Assembly (NCBI RefSeq): GCF_000019345.1
Contig: NC_010503.1
Coordinates: 570,001 to 602,000 of the forward strand
Reading direction: 5' to 3'
Source of the DNA: Ureaplasma parvum serovar 3 str. ATCC 27815
Lineage (GTDB): Bacteria; Bacillota_I; Bacilli_A; Mycoplasmatales; Mycoplasmoidaceae
Length of the DNA stretch: 32,000 nt
In this document: positions 1-10,135 of the stretch, in pieces
Layout of the letters: each line of letters begins with the position of its first letter
How positions within the stretch are numbered: position 1 is the first letter of the stretch
Notes under the pieces: generated by a model
The model's input: the letters and a program-made list of their open reading frames with translations, nothing else
What the model was told of the DNA's origin: nothing
Databases searched by the model: none
Translations under genes and position numbers: made by a program

Positions 1-2858
1 ACGTTAGAAACTGCTGGTGCTTTTAAAACAAGCTTACGAGCTTGATCGACACCATCATTAATTGCACTAACATCTTTGTTAATACTATTTCTATCTAATA
101 TTGTTTTGTTTGGATATTCATTTAAATCTACAATCTTATCAAAATCATAGATTTTGTTAGGATCAAATAAATTATTGTTTGGATTAACAATAACTTTTCC
201 CTTATCATCAGTTTTGATTGGAACATGAATTTCATTGTTATTTTTATCTTTATAAACAGCAGTTAAATCTTTATTTTTTTGATCTGGTATTTTAAACTCA
301 TGCTTATTATCAGCATTAACATTACCATTTTTTTGTTTATTAACTATTCGATCTAATGGTGAAATTTCATCAATATTAGCAACTTTTTTATTATCAGCTT
401 CAATTTTTGTTAGTGTATATTTATGATCTGGTGCAAAAATTGCATCATCACTTGTTTTAAAAATAGCTTTTCCATCTAAACCAATACTAGCTTCAACCGT
501 TTTTGTATTAGTATTATTATCATCGGTTTTAAATGTTAATTTAATTTTTTTATTTGCTAAACTAGGATTTGAAAAACTAATTTCATAATCATCATTTTCT
601 TTAGTTTTAGCAGTTATTGTTGGTTTTTTAAATGAAATATGATTATCACCACTTAATTGCTCTTCACTAATTAGATCAATATTTGGTTGATTATTTTGTT
701 TTAAAACGACTTTTTTAAGTGTGTATATATTAGGTTTAGTTGGGTCATTATTTGCTAAATTTTTTGTTGGAATAATAACCTTGCCATTAGCATCAATACT
801 TACATCTATCTCATGTTCTATACCATCTTGATCAACAACAATTCCTTTGACATTTGCATTATTTAAAGCTTTTTGTTTTAAATCATCATTTAAATCATTT
901 GCTAATTGAGTGTGAATTTCTAAATTTCCATCATTATCGTACGTAAAATCTGGATGTGAATCTAATAAATTCAAATCTCGTTTATCAATTATTTTATCTT
1001 TTAGTTCAAAATCATTAAGATTAATGACTTTATTTAAATCGTTATTTTCAACTTTAGCTAAATGATAAATATATCCTTTTGGTAAATCATTACTATCAAA
1101 AATAATTTTATTATTTTGATCCACATTAGCAACTACTTTATATTCTTTATCATTATTATCAACAAAAGTTGCTACTAATTTCTGATTAATTAAATCATTA
1201 TTTAAATTTTCTAAAATTTGGGTTTTTTTAGTTGAATCAACACTTGCATTAGCAGCTGGCTTTTTAATTAATTGTTTTTGTTTTGAAGTTAAATCAAAAT
1301 TTGAAACCAAAACATTTTGTGGGTTTGAAACTGAAACAATTTTGTCTAGTGAATAATTACTGTTATTATTTAATGCACCTGTATCAAATGCTATGGTTCC
1401 ATCTTTTTTAACTTTTGCTAAAATTTGGTGTTCTTGATTATTTTGATCTTTAAAAATTCCATATACTTGTTGGTTAACATAATATGGCGCTACTTTAGCA
1501 ATTAAATTAATATCACCATTTTTTGTATATTGATATGGGGTATTTAATGCGTTTGAATTTAAATTATTAATTGATCGATTATGGTATGGAATCTGTTTAA
1601 GATTAACAACATCAACTTCATTAGTTTTTTTAATACCAATAACTTCATATAAATTATTATCACCTAAAGATGAAATATCAAAAACAGCTCGTCCTTTTTC
1701 ATCTGTTTTTGCATTAATTTTATATGTTTGATGATTTAGATCTTCTAAGGTAAGTTCAAGAGGAGTGTTTTTTAATTGAACACCTAAATCAACTTCATAT
1801 ACTTTTTTGTTATCAATAAAATTAACTTTAGCTTTTGTTGGTTTATTTACACTAACTTTATGTTCAAGCATTAATTCATTATTTGGCACTAAAACATCAT
1901 TTAATTCATTATTGTTAACAATTCGGTTTAATTCATATTTGTGATTTAAAGGTAGTTTTTTAGTATTAAAATACCCAACATTATTTTTTACACTCAACGC
2001 TGGTATTAAATATTCTTTATTATTTTCATCTTTAAAAACTGCTGTTGGCAAGGCTTGGTTTTTAGTTTTATTTGTTAAATCAACTTTTAAAACAAGATTA
2101 CCTTCATTATCATAAGTATGTGTTTTATCAATTTTTTTAAACTGTTCATCAATATCATTAACATTTACAACTTTTGTTAATGGATTTGAATCTTTTAAAA
2201 TTAGATCTTTTAAATAATAAACATTGCCATCTTTTAAACTACTTGTATCAATATCAATTTTTTGATCTAATCCAACATGTGCTTCAATACTATAAACTTC
2301 ATTATTTTGATTTACAAATTTTGCGACTAAAATTTTATTAGCAAGTATTTTATTTACCTTTAATTGAATGTGCTTTTCGTTTTTTTGATCCTCATATACA
2401 TTAGTTGGAACTGGTTTTAAAACTTCAATTTTCTGTTCAGGTTTTAGCTTCTCATTTTCACGAACAATGTTATTATTTAAATCAATAATTCGATTTAGCT
2501 TATATTTACCTGTTTTTGGTAAATACTTAGTATCAAATTCAAATTTTGCATAAGAATCAATTTGAGTTTTTATTTTATATTCTTGATTGTTTTCATCAAC
2601 AAAAACACCATAAACATCTTTGTTAATATAAGTTTTTGGTAATTGACCTTTAATGATTAAGTCACCATCATCATTAAAACTATAAAAATCATTATTACTT
2701 AATTCATTATTGTTTTTTGAATGTAAAACAATCCCAATAATTGCTCCTGCTCACGCTAAATTTAGCGTTGCAAGCAATAAGAAAAGACGTTGCTTACGAC
2801 TTTTTTTATTATTATCGTTTTTTATTGTTTGGATTTTTTTACTTTTTTTATTATTCAT
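1..2858 (-). CDS. Membrane-anchored modular repeat surface protein; N-terminal ~952 codons are in the window and the C-terminus lies beyond position 1
   Basis: Hand check of the frame found no in-frame TAA/TAG from 2858 down to 1 and a single TGA. The ATG at 2858-2856 has AAGGAAG just upstream. The N-terminus MNNKKSKKIQTIKNDNNKKSRKQRLFLLLATLNLAWAGAIIGIVL is a basic stretch plus one TM helix with no lipobox Cys. About ten ~90-100 aa modules follow, each with F.D.NN.EY.I and ending ..Y.L..I (GKYKLNRI, NVYYLKDL, HKYELNRI, NLYEVIGI, SNYSLDKI, YIYHLAKV, NIYTLKKV, HKYTLTKI, KIYDFDKI). It is absent from the ORF track because it runs off the window edge. Confidence 0.8.
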
Positions 2859-2939
2859 AAACGCTTCCTTTATGTACTATAAAAAATACTATTTTATAGC
2901 ATTAATAACTGCAACTAAAAATGCTCATAAAATGATAGC

Positions 2940-2973
2940 AAAAAAAAAAAAAAAAGACCATTGATTGGCCTTT
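2940..2973 (-). terminator. Intrinsic terminator downstream of the 3085..6396 lipoprotein gene, with an unusually long T16 tail (A16 on the + strand, 2940..2955)
   Basis: The minus-strand RNA reads AAAGGCCA-aucaa-UGGUCUUU (8 bp including one G-U, 5-nt loop, 2953..2973) and runs directly into the U tract. It lies 112 nt after the TAA at 3087-3085 and 81 nt before the next ATG at 2858. Confidence 0.6.
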
Positions 2974-3046
2974 GTACTTATAAAACCCACTAAAACGTAT
3001 ACAAATTTTAGTAAAATGAAAAAACTTAAATTTTTATAAAAACTAG

Positions 3047-3071
3047 TTTGTGTAAAATCTTTGTGTAAAAT
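3047..3071 (+). repeat. Tandem direct repeat of the 12-mer TTTGTGTAAAAT (3047..3058 and 3060..3071, 1-nt spacer)
   Basis: Read directly from the sequence: tttgtgtaaaat c tttgtgtaaaat. It sits 14 nt outside the stop codon of the 3085..6396 gene. A third exact copy lies on the opposite strand at 6422..6433. Confidence 0.9.
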
Positions 3072-3084
3072 ATACTCTCATATC

Positions 3085-6000
3085 TTAGTTTACTTTAGGA
3101 ATTTTATGACCATTAATTTTAATACTCTTTAAAAATTGTGTAGAGATCTGATTTGAATCAAGATTTGAGCATATATCTTTTAAATCATTTAATCAATAAC
3201 AATTTTCATTAGTTAGTGTAATTTCAACACTTTTATTATTATTTTTATTAATTTTTGCAACTATTTTTGACTCTAAAGTATCCCCATCGCTATTGTTATA
3301 TACATAATTTAATTCAATATTACATTCTTTATCTTGGGATAAATTACTTAAAAATATATCTTGATCAAAAGTAATATTAATTTTTGGATCAGATCCATTA
3401 ACTTCATATTTAATATTATCTACTTTTCATTTTAAATTGGGATTTAAGATTCCAGGAAAATTAAAATAGCGTTGGTTATCTACTCAAGTTAAATCTAAAT
3501 TTTTATCATTCAATTGAATTGAATTAATTCGATATTTAATATCAGGCTTTAAATATTTTAATTCAAATTCAATTGTTTGGTGCTCATAGTCGATTTTTAA
3601 TTGGTTATGAGCATTTAAATCAATACATTCTTGTTGGTTGTTTTCATCTTCTAACACTAATGACATTTTATGGGCGTTTTTATCTTTAAAGATGAAATCG
3701 CTAAAATGCAACTTGAATTTAATGTTTTTTTGTTGTTGGTTAATTTCATGATCAATTTTATCTAAGTAAAATTGATCAAAGCCGTAATCTAAAGTTTTAA
3801 AAGTCTTATTATTGATATTTTTTAAATTAATCTGTTGCTTATCAATAAAAAGTTCACTAATTTCATAATCAGTATTAATGTTTAAGTTATCTAATTTAGT
3901 TGAGATTTGGTGTGTTTTTTTATCAAAATAAAAATCTGTTTTAAATAAATACAACAGCTTGTTTGTTTTTTTATTTTTTAAAATAACATCAACTCTTTTT
4001 GGCATATTTATAACTGCTTGGTTTAGTGTTAATTTTAAAGTACTATTTGTATTTTTAATATCATTAAATTCTAAATTTAATAATAAATGTGGAGATGATT
4101 CATTAAGTGTTTTAACTGTAATATTATTAGTTAAATAATTGTCATCATCTATTTCAAAAGAAATAAGTTTAAATGTTTGATTTTTATCTAAAGCAAAAAG
4201 ATGTAAAATAATGTTTTTTGTTGCATTAAGTTGAGTAGTTTCTGATTTTGATAAGTTTTTAACAAACTTATATTTATTATGATTTTCATCTTCTAAAGTA
4301 TATTTTATTTTATGCTCAATACTATCAGCATATTGATTGTCTTGTAAATCAACATTTAGATCGGTTGAAGTTGATTTTGTATTTGTGAATGAAAAAACAG
4401 CTTTTTTGAACTCATTTGTTTTAAATTTAAGAAATGAAAGATCCAAGTGAAATGGATGAGAATCAAAAAAATCTCCTATATAAACATTTACATTAAAATT
4501 ATCACTATGGTAATTACCATCAACATCTTCTAAGATAAAACTTACAAATTCATAATTAATATGATTATCTAAATTTAATAATTTAATTTTAATTGTTTTT
4601 TGATCTTCATCAATACTCATGAAGCAATTTTTATCTTCAAAACTAAACTCCTTATATGCTCATTCATTTGGATTATTTAATGGATGATATCTTAATTTAA
4701 TTTTGGGTTTTAAAGAATTTTCTTTTCTTAAAAGTAATTTTTCACATTTAATATTAATAATCGCACTATTTTTAGTAATATCCGAAATGAAAAGGTGTTC
4801 TTTATAATCTTTTTTTACTTCTTTTGATCTTTCATTATCATCTTTTTTAGAAACTGATAAATATCAAAACCAACTATTAAAAGCACTATAGTAAGAATTA
4901 TAGAATGATTTATCTTTAAAAATTTCAATACTTGATCGATCAGGACGTATTTTAAATGTTTTGTTAATAGGTCCATAATATCCACCTGCATAGTCATCAT
5001 CATTAGGGAAAGATACTGGTTTACCGTTTAGTAAAATATTATCAATTTCATAAGTTTTGTCAACATCTAAACCATTAATTACAGCAGTTAATAAACGTTC
5101 TTGTTCATCGTATTTAACTTCTGAGAATTCAATTGGGTTTTGATCATTTTCTTTTCTAATTAAAAATTTAAAATTATGAATATTAGGATTGTAGAAAGCA
5201 AGATCTTCAGATAATTTTACTTTAATTGTAACTGCTTTTGTAATTTTATCAACAGCTGTTTCATAATCAATAGCTTCAACTTTAGCATAATCGCCTTTTG
5301 TTGTAAAATCATGTGTTTGATTATTTAAATTTAAAACTTGATCATTAATCTTAATTTGTTTAATATCATAATGAGTTCCTCTTTCTAATTCATCAACATA
5401 AACAATAATTCTCTTGTTTAATTTATCAATAAAAAAATGCTTCTTATTAAGCTCTAATTGACCTTTTTTATAAACTCTATTATATGCTAAACTAATGTGG
5501 ATATTATTTAAAGCTTCATCACTATCATCTTTTATTTTTAACTCTTTAAAATTTAAAGTTAAATTAGCACCATTATCATTAATCTTTGTAATTTCTAGAT
5601 TTTTTAAAAGATTATCACTATCATCAAGGGTTTTAAAAGTGTGGTTTGGAATTGAAGTTAATTGAATTTTTTGATTATTAAAATTAAGTTTATCTAATAA
5701 ATATTCACAATCAGATGTTAAATTATAAACGGTAGCATCAATTTCATTTTTTTGCTTATTGAAAACAGCATCACTAGTAATGATTTGGTGATTAGTTTTT
5801 TTGATAATTTTTAAACTAAAATTATGAATAGCATCGTCTTTAAAAGAAACTGTTTTTAACTTAATCTTTATATCAACTTGGTTTTGTTTAATATTTGTAA
5901 ACGAAATATTATTAATTTCTAAATGATCAATCTTTGGTGTATTAGGAAGTGATGGTTGTAAATTTAAATCTTCATTAATATCTTGTTCGATAAAATTTAA

Positions 6001-6396
6001 ATTATGATCAAAAATTAAATGTAGTGCAGGAAATGCATCATTTGAAAAATTAGTGATAAAATGATCATTAATTTTTGGTTTACGAGCTAGTCTTAAATAA
6101 ATTTTGTTATTAATAATCAAAGGATGAATATTTTCTAAACGGTCAACTTTTTTATTTAACAATGGATTAAAAAGATTGGTGTTTAAAGTTAAATTCTTAT
6201 AAATACCTTGCGAAGTATTTAGTTCATTAACTTCATAAACAACATAATAATGGTCACTCTTGGTATGAATTATATCTTTCATTAAAACATTAACATTTAA
6301 CTTTGATTTATTGCTACAAGATGCAAGTGCTGTAGCAACAATAGGAACTAAAGCAGCTGTAAATAAAAATAATAACTTTTTCTTAATTAATTTCAT
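3085..6396 (-). CDS. Large modular surface lipoprotein, 1103 aa (paralog of 11592..14333)
   Basis: ORF-track pieces 4864..6396 and 3484..4620 are in the same frame and are joined by TGA codons. I found no in-frame TAA/TAG until the TAA at 3087-3085. The signal peptide MKLIKKKLLFLFTAALVPIVATALAS-C has lipobox LASC. AAGGA lies upstream of the ATG. Module-end signatures include CEYLLDKLNFNNQKIQL, THYDIKQIKINDQVLNL, KTYEIDNILLNGKPVSF, TDYEISELFIDKQQINL and IKYRINSIQLNDKNLDL. Confidence 0.85.
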
Positions 6397-6421
6397 AATT
6401 TTATATCCTTAATAATAACTA

Positions 6422-6433
6422 ATTTTACACAAA
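6422..6433 (-). promoter_or_regulatory. Inverted third copy of TTTGTGTAAAAT; contains a -10-like TAAAAT 25 nt upstream of the lipoprotein ATG at 6396
   Basis: The + strand reads attttacacaaa, which is the reverse complement of the 12-mer. A second candidate -10, a perfect TATAAT, is on the minus strand at 6452..6447. No transcript mapping is possible from sequence alone. Confidence 0.3.
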
Positions 6434-6470
6434 ACAATACGACATCATTATAACCCATAAACATCAATTC

Positions 6471-6518
6471 AAAAAAAAAAAAAAAACACTGCTTTTAATA
6501 CCTTAATAAAAGCGGTGT
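6471..6518 (-). promoter_or_regulatory. Orphan hairpin plus 16-nt homopolymer (A16 on +, T16 on -) 74 nt upstream of the lipoprotein gene start
   Basis: A16 spans 6471..6486. The adjacent 11-12 bp stem pairs 6486..6497 with 6507..6518 (ACACTGCTTTT / AAAAGCGGTGT). The one imperfect position is a G-U on the + transcript and a C-A mismatch on the - transcript. It is terminator-like, but no upstream gene on either strand needs terminating here, since ackA diverges from 6667. Confidence 0.35.
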
Positions 6519-6666
6519 TTAAATAAGTGAATAAATAAAAAATAATTGAATTTAGATTATTAAAAAAGCATATGCACATATAGTAAAATAATAAATAAAG
6601 TGCTGATCAAAAGCCAGAATTGTTTATTTTTGGTTTTAAAGTTTAGTTAATAAGTGGTGGTTAATT

Positions 6667-7830
6667 ATGATGTTAATAATTAATATTGGTAGTAGTAGTT
6701 GAAAATTTTGCTTGTTTGATATGAATTTAAAACAAATATTTAGTGGCAAAATTCGCTTAGACGTTAGCCCACACCAACTAAAATATATCTTTGATAAAAA
6801 TGAATATGTTTATTTACTTGATGATGATCACAACAATCACGTTGATTTAATCATTAAATTTTTAATTAACAAAAAAATTATTAAAAAATTAGAAGATATC
6901 ACTTATTTTGGAATTCGAGCTGTTTATGTTAAAAATTTTTATGGAGCAAGTGCTTTTTTAAATAATGAAATTTATAATGATCTTAACCAACACACAGATT
7001 TATGTCCTATTCACAACCAAAATACTATCATGTTAATTAATGACATTAAGCATTTAAACACCTCTGCAAAAATTATTATTATTTTTGATAATTGGTTTCA
7101 TCGTAGTATTAATAAAAATAAATACACTATTGCTATTGATCAAACAATAGCAATAAAACATAAAATTCGTAAATATGGTTTTCATGGAATTTCTTTTAGT
7201 TATAGTAATAAAATAATGCAAAATTATTTAGGAAAACAAGATGTTAATTTAATTATTTTACACTTAGGTTCTGGATCGTCAGTTTGTGCAATTAAAAATG
7301 GAAAATCATTTGATACCTCAATGTCTTACTCTCCTCTTTCAGGAATTATTATGAATACAAGAAGTGGTGATATAGACCCTAGTGTTTTACTTACTTTAAA
7401 AAAAGTAAAAAACCAATCACTGAAGCAATTGATCTTATTTTTAAATCAGCAATCAGGTCTTTATGGATTAACAAAACATCATAGTATTAGTGAAGTTGCT
7501 AATAATTTGCACAATAAAAATAATGAACTTGCCCTTGAGATGTACACTGATAGCATTGTTGATTATTTTATTAAGTATTTAAACCATTTACAAAAGATTG
7601 ATGCAATTGTATTTTCGGGAGGAATTAGTGAATTTGAGCATCTTGTTTTAGAAAAAATTATTAGTAAAATTCATCTAATAAACCTTGAAATTAACGATCA
7701 TTTAATACTAACAAACACGTTAAATAAAATTTCAACATCTAAATCACAAATTCCTATATATTTATGTTTAGTGAATGAAGAGCACGAAATTGCTTATGAA
7801 ATGCTAAATTTAATTAATAAGACAAAATAA
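6667..7830 (+). CDS. ackA: Acetate kinase (divergent)
   Basis: Extending ORF 6712..7830 upstream across one TGA to the ATG at 6667 gives MMLIINIGSSSWKFCLF, the N.GSSS.K phosphate-binding motif. Other AckA blocks are present: PIHNQ (PLHNP), FDNWFH, YGFHGISFSY, HLGSGSSVCAIKNGKSFDTSMSYSPLSGIIMNTRSGDIDP and a C-terminal VNEEHEIA. Several blocks are degenerate, for example GISEF where GIGEN is usual. Confidence 0.85.
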
Positions 7831-7833
7831 AAA

Positions 7834-9951
7834 TTATTCATGATAGTCAGCACTATGAATAATAGAAAAATACTTATCTAATGATTTGTTAAATTCAATA
7901 TTTTGATTATTTACTTTAACATCAACAAAATCATAAACAATTTGGTCCTCAATATTTTCAAATTTTGCTATTAAAGTTTTCTTATTTACATCATATTCCA
8001 AAGTTTTTGGGCTTATCAGATTAGTAGTGTATCCTGTTCGTTTTTTAATTGTAAATGTAAAATTATTAGATGAAGTGGGATTTGTGGGAATATTATCAAA
8101 TTTTAATTTGATTGTTGTTAATTTAGTTTCTTTATTATAAGATTTACTAATTTCATTTACATTAAATTTAGTTTTATAATCACTATTTTTAGTATCAAAA
8201 TCAAGCGGGATATTAAAAGGATGGTTATGATGATTTGTATTTTTTTTTAAAAATTCAGGTTTGTTTAATAATTGTTTATTTTTATAATCATTAATAACAA
8301 AGTCAATAACTTCATATGATTTATTTGATTCTAAATCATTAATTGTTACATTCAATATGTGGTTATGAACCAAACCCTCAACAGTATTATTAGTAGTATC
8401 AATACTATTAGATGATGGTTTTAGTCTATATTTGACACTAACTTTATCACCATCAACTAAATCAAAATCATCTTCTAAATGAAACTCTAATTTAGCGGAT
8501 TTATCGGTTGAACTATAAGAAATCTTTTTGATTTTAATTTTTGCTTGAGGTGTATTAAAACTACCATTTAATCCTTGAGTATTTACTTCTAAAGCTTGTT
8601 TTTCACTAAAATCTTGTAGATCATCAAAAACTAGTTTAGAAAAAGTGTATTTTCGGTTTGATAAAACTTTATCGAAACTAAATTCGTACTCTTTTTTTGT
8701 GGGATCAAATAAAACAGGTTTTGATACAATGATGTTATTTGCATTATCCATGTATACTAATTTTAAATATTTATTTTTTAAATAATTAACGTTATTTTCA
8801 AAATATAATTTAATCTTAACACTCAAATTTTCATCATTAAATCAAAAATCACTGCTTTCATGTTCTAAGTTCTCTAATCTTTGAACAGTAGTTAATTTTG
8901 TAGAGGTTAAAATATTTAAATCTAAATTAGCTAATGATATTGGCTGTCCATTAAGAGTTAATGAATTTAATGAGTATTTTGTACTAGTTTGTAAACCCGT
9001 TAAATTAAATGATAAGGTCTTTTTAGAGTTATTGTAAACATAATTTTCAAAACTAAAAGTATTTGATGGTTGGTGTGCTGAAACTAATTTTAAAACAAAT
9101 TTTTGATTATTTAAATCACCTAACTTATTATCTTTAAAATAAAAAATCAATTTTGCACTAGTATCATAAATTTCTTTTTCAATTTTGGTGATGTTTAAAT
9201 CTTTAATAATCGGGTTTGAGTTTTGCTTATTAGTATTAGATAATACTAAATTTTGGTTACTAAAAACTAACTCTTTATTATTTAAAACAATCCTATGAAT
9301 TTGGTATTTAGCGTTGTTTTCTAATTGAGTAAAATTAAATGTTATCGATGGCGAATTTGGTTGATAATTAAACTTAAATTTTGTAATTTGTTGGGTTTGT
9401 AAATTTAATAAACTAATCTCAAAAATATTTTGGTTTTCGTTCGCTAAAAAATATTTTGTAAATTCTAAATTTAAATCAGCACTATTATTAGTAATATTTT
9501 TTCAATCAATTTTTTTTATACTAAATTGATCTACATTTTCTTGTGTTAATGTACTTGTTATAAAATCTAGTTTAGTTATTAGCTGTTTTTGATTATTAAT
9601 TAATAAATCTACTAATTCATAACCCATATTTGGTTTTAATTCATTAATAATTAATTTATTAAGATCATTATCCTTAACTAATTTTAAATTATTAATTGTT
9701 TTTAAATCACCAGTTGCTTTTTCTTTTAAAACAACACTGTATGAATGTGATGCTAAAACTGCACTACCTTCTAAAAATAACTCAATACTATTAGTAGTTG
9801 TTTTAAATTTTTTTATTTTAAAAAGCACTTGTTTATCATCAACCTTACTTTTTGATTTAGTGCATGCACCAATTAAGCAAGATAAACCAATAATTAAAGT
9901 ACTACAAGTTAAAATTGTAATTATTTTAGTTAAATGTTTTTTAGTTATCAT
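7834..9951 (-). CDS. Modular surface lipoprotein, 705 aa
   Basis: ORF-track pieces 9502..9951, 8842..9150 and 7834..8826 share one frame. The gaps contain only TGA codons and no TAA/TAG (hand checked). The true stop is TAA at 7836-7834. The signal peptide MITKKHLTKIITILTCSTLIIGLSCLIGA-C has lipobox IGAC. AAGGA lies upstream. There are six modules of ~105-110 aa, ending MGYELVDLLINNQKQL, TKYSLNSLTLNGQPISL, RKYTFSKLVFDD, KSYEVIDFVINDYKNK and IVYDFVDVKVNNQNIEF. Confidence 0.85.
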
Positions 9952-10135
9952 CTTTTATAAATCCTTTTTTGAAATTATCTATTAAAAAGCAAATTGAGCT
10001 TTTATATCATACAATAAATAATCTATTTTTAAAACTTTATTGTTAATCTACGATAAATTTAAAAAGGTACTTGGATGTTAAGTATAATAACTTTTGTGCT
10101 CTTTTTTTATAAATTTATGTATTTAAATCTCTTTA

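Noticed and set aside
2710-2964. An 84-aa + strand ORF (MFFECKTIP...KKKKKDH) running through the A16 tract
   Set aside because: It is antisense to the N-terminus of the 1..2858 gene. It is low-complexity, has no RBS, and its lysine run is simply the homopolymer. It is a typical AT-rich shadow ORF.
6448-6579. A 43-aa minus-strand ORF (MCICFFNNLNSIIFYLFTYLNTAFIKVLKAVFFFFFWIDVYGL) that reads through the hairpin and the T16 tract, so tract length would shift its frame
   Set aside because: It has no Shine-Dalgarno, and its composition is what any AT-rich spacer yields. There is no support beyond being open. It is kept only as a remote possibility if ribosome profiling shows occupancy.
7836-7860. 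Hairpin ATTCAT(G)...ATGAAT immediately after the ackA stop as the ackA terminator
   Set aside because: It is a 6-7 bp AT-rich stem with an 11-nt loop and no T run, and it lies inside the coding end of the convergent lipoprotein gene. It is not convincing.
8240-8248. Short homopolymers inside coding regions as phase-variation switches: T9 at 8240..8248 in the 705-aa lipoprotein, T8 at 11328..11335 near the nuclease N-terminus, and A9 at 18960..18968 in era
   Set aside because: Runs of 7-9 nt encoding Lys/Phe also occur in essential genes such as era, dnaG and glyQS, so they reflect base composition. Only the two 16-mers stand out.
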